Sequence record: MN850615.1
Direction: 5' to 3' (one strand)
DNA: 64,000 bases
Source of the DNA: Escherichia phage kvi
This document shows, piece by piece, positions 63,895 to 64,000 of this stretch. Position 1 is the first letter of the stretch, and the number at the start of each line of letters is the position of its first letter. The notes under the pieces are model-generated. The model made no database searches and was not told the origin of the DNA. It saw nothing but the letters and a program-made list of their open reading frames with translations. The position numbers and the translations under genes are program-made.

Positions 63895-64000
63895 CTCATG
63901 AAGTTTAGAGTCCAGTGCGGAGATAGACTCATTAGCACAAATAAACTTCTCTGATTTGGTAGTAGCTTTAGCGCAATCAAAGGACGCAGCGTTAGCACCG

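Noticed and set aside
63895-64000. Partial minus-strand gene at the right window edge
   Set aside because: Too short within the window to identify; frame and product cannot be supported.

Overview
This window reads as a contiguous stretch of a T4-like (Tevenvirinae-type) myophage genome. It is syntenic with the T4 arc gene 23 -> 24 -> hoc/inh -> uvsW/uvsY -> baseplate hub (25, 26, 51, 27, 28, 29, 48, 54) -> alt -> DNA ligase (30) -> 31 -> cd -> pseT -> spanins -> rnlA -> denA -> nrdB/nrdA -> td -> frd -> 32 -> 59 -> 33 -> dsbA -> rnh -> long tail fibre genes 34-38 -> holin t. Late structural genes are on the + strand behind TATAAATA late-promoter motifs; early and replication genes are on the - strand. 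Over twenty near-consensus sigma70-type early promoters (TTGACA, 16-18 nt spacer, TATAAT-like), all pointing leftward, sit in front of small ORFs; several share the spacer palindrome GGGGATC-N3-GATCCCC and a conserved leader, resembling the promoter-early-stem-loop (PeSL) cassettes reported for RB49-type phages. No alc gene lies between the spanins and rnlA, and gp38 is a glycine-rich T2-type adhesin. The main accessory region is an 8.2 kb block (21.2-29.4 kb) inserted between alt and ligase, holding about 27 small early genes. The most interesting candidates are a translationally coupled five-gene operon there (compact C5-cytosine-methyltransferase-like protein, zinc ribbon, standalone DUF262/ParB-like domain), a six-copy HxHW small-protein family with one frameshifted member, an ADP-ribosylation toolkit (Alt, a second Alt-like transferase, a NADAR-like protein), a CYTH-like protein between dsbA and rnh, and a thymidylate synthase with a roughly 130-residue in-frame insertion. 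All calls rest on reading the supplied ORF translations and the sequence by eye; no database search was run. Coordinates of features not in the ORF track were counted by hand and may be off by 1-2 nt.
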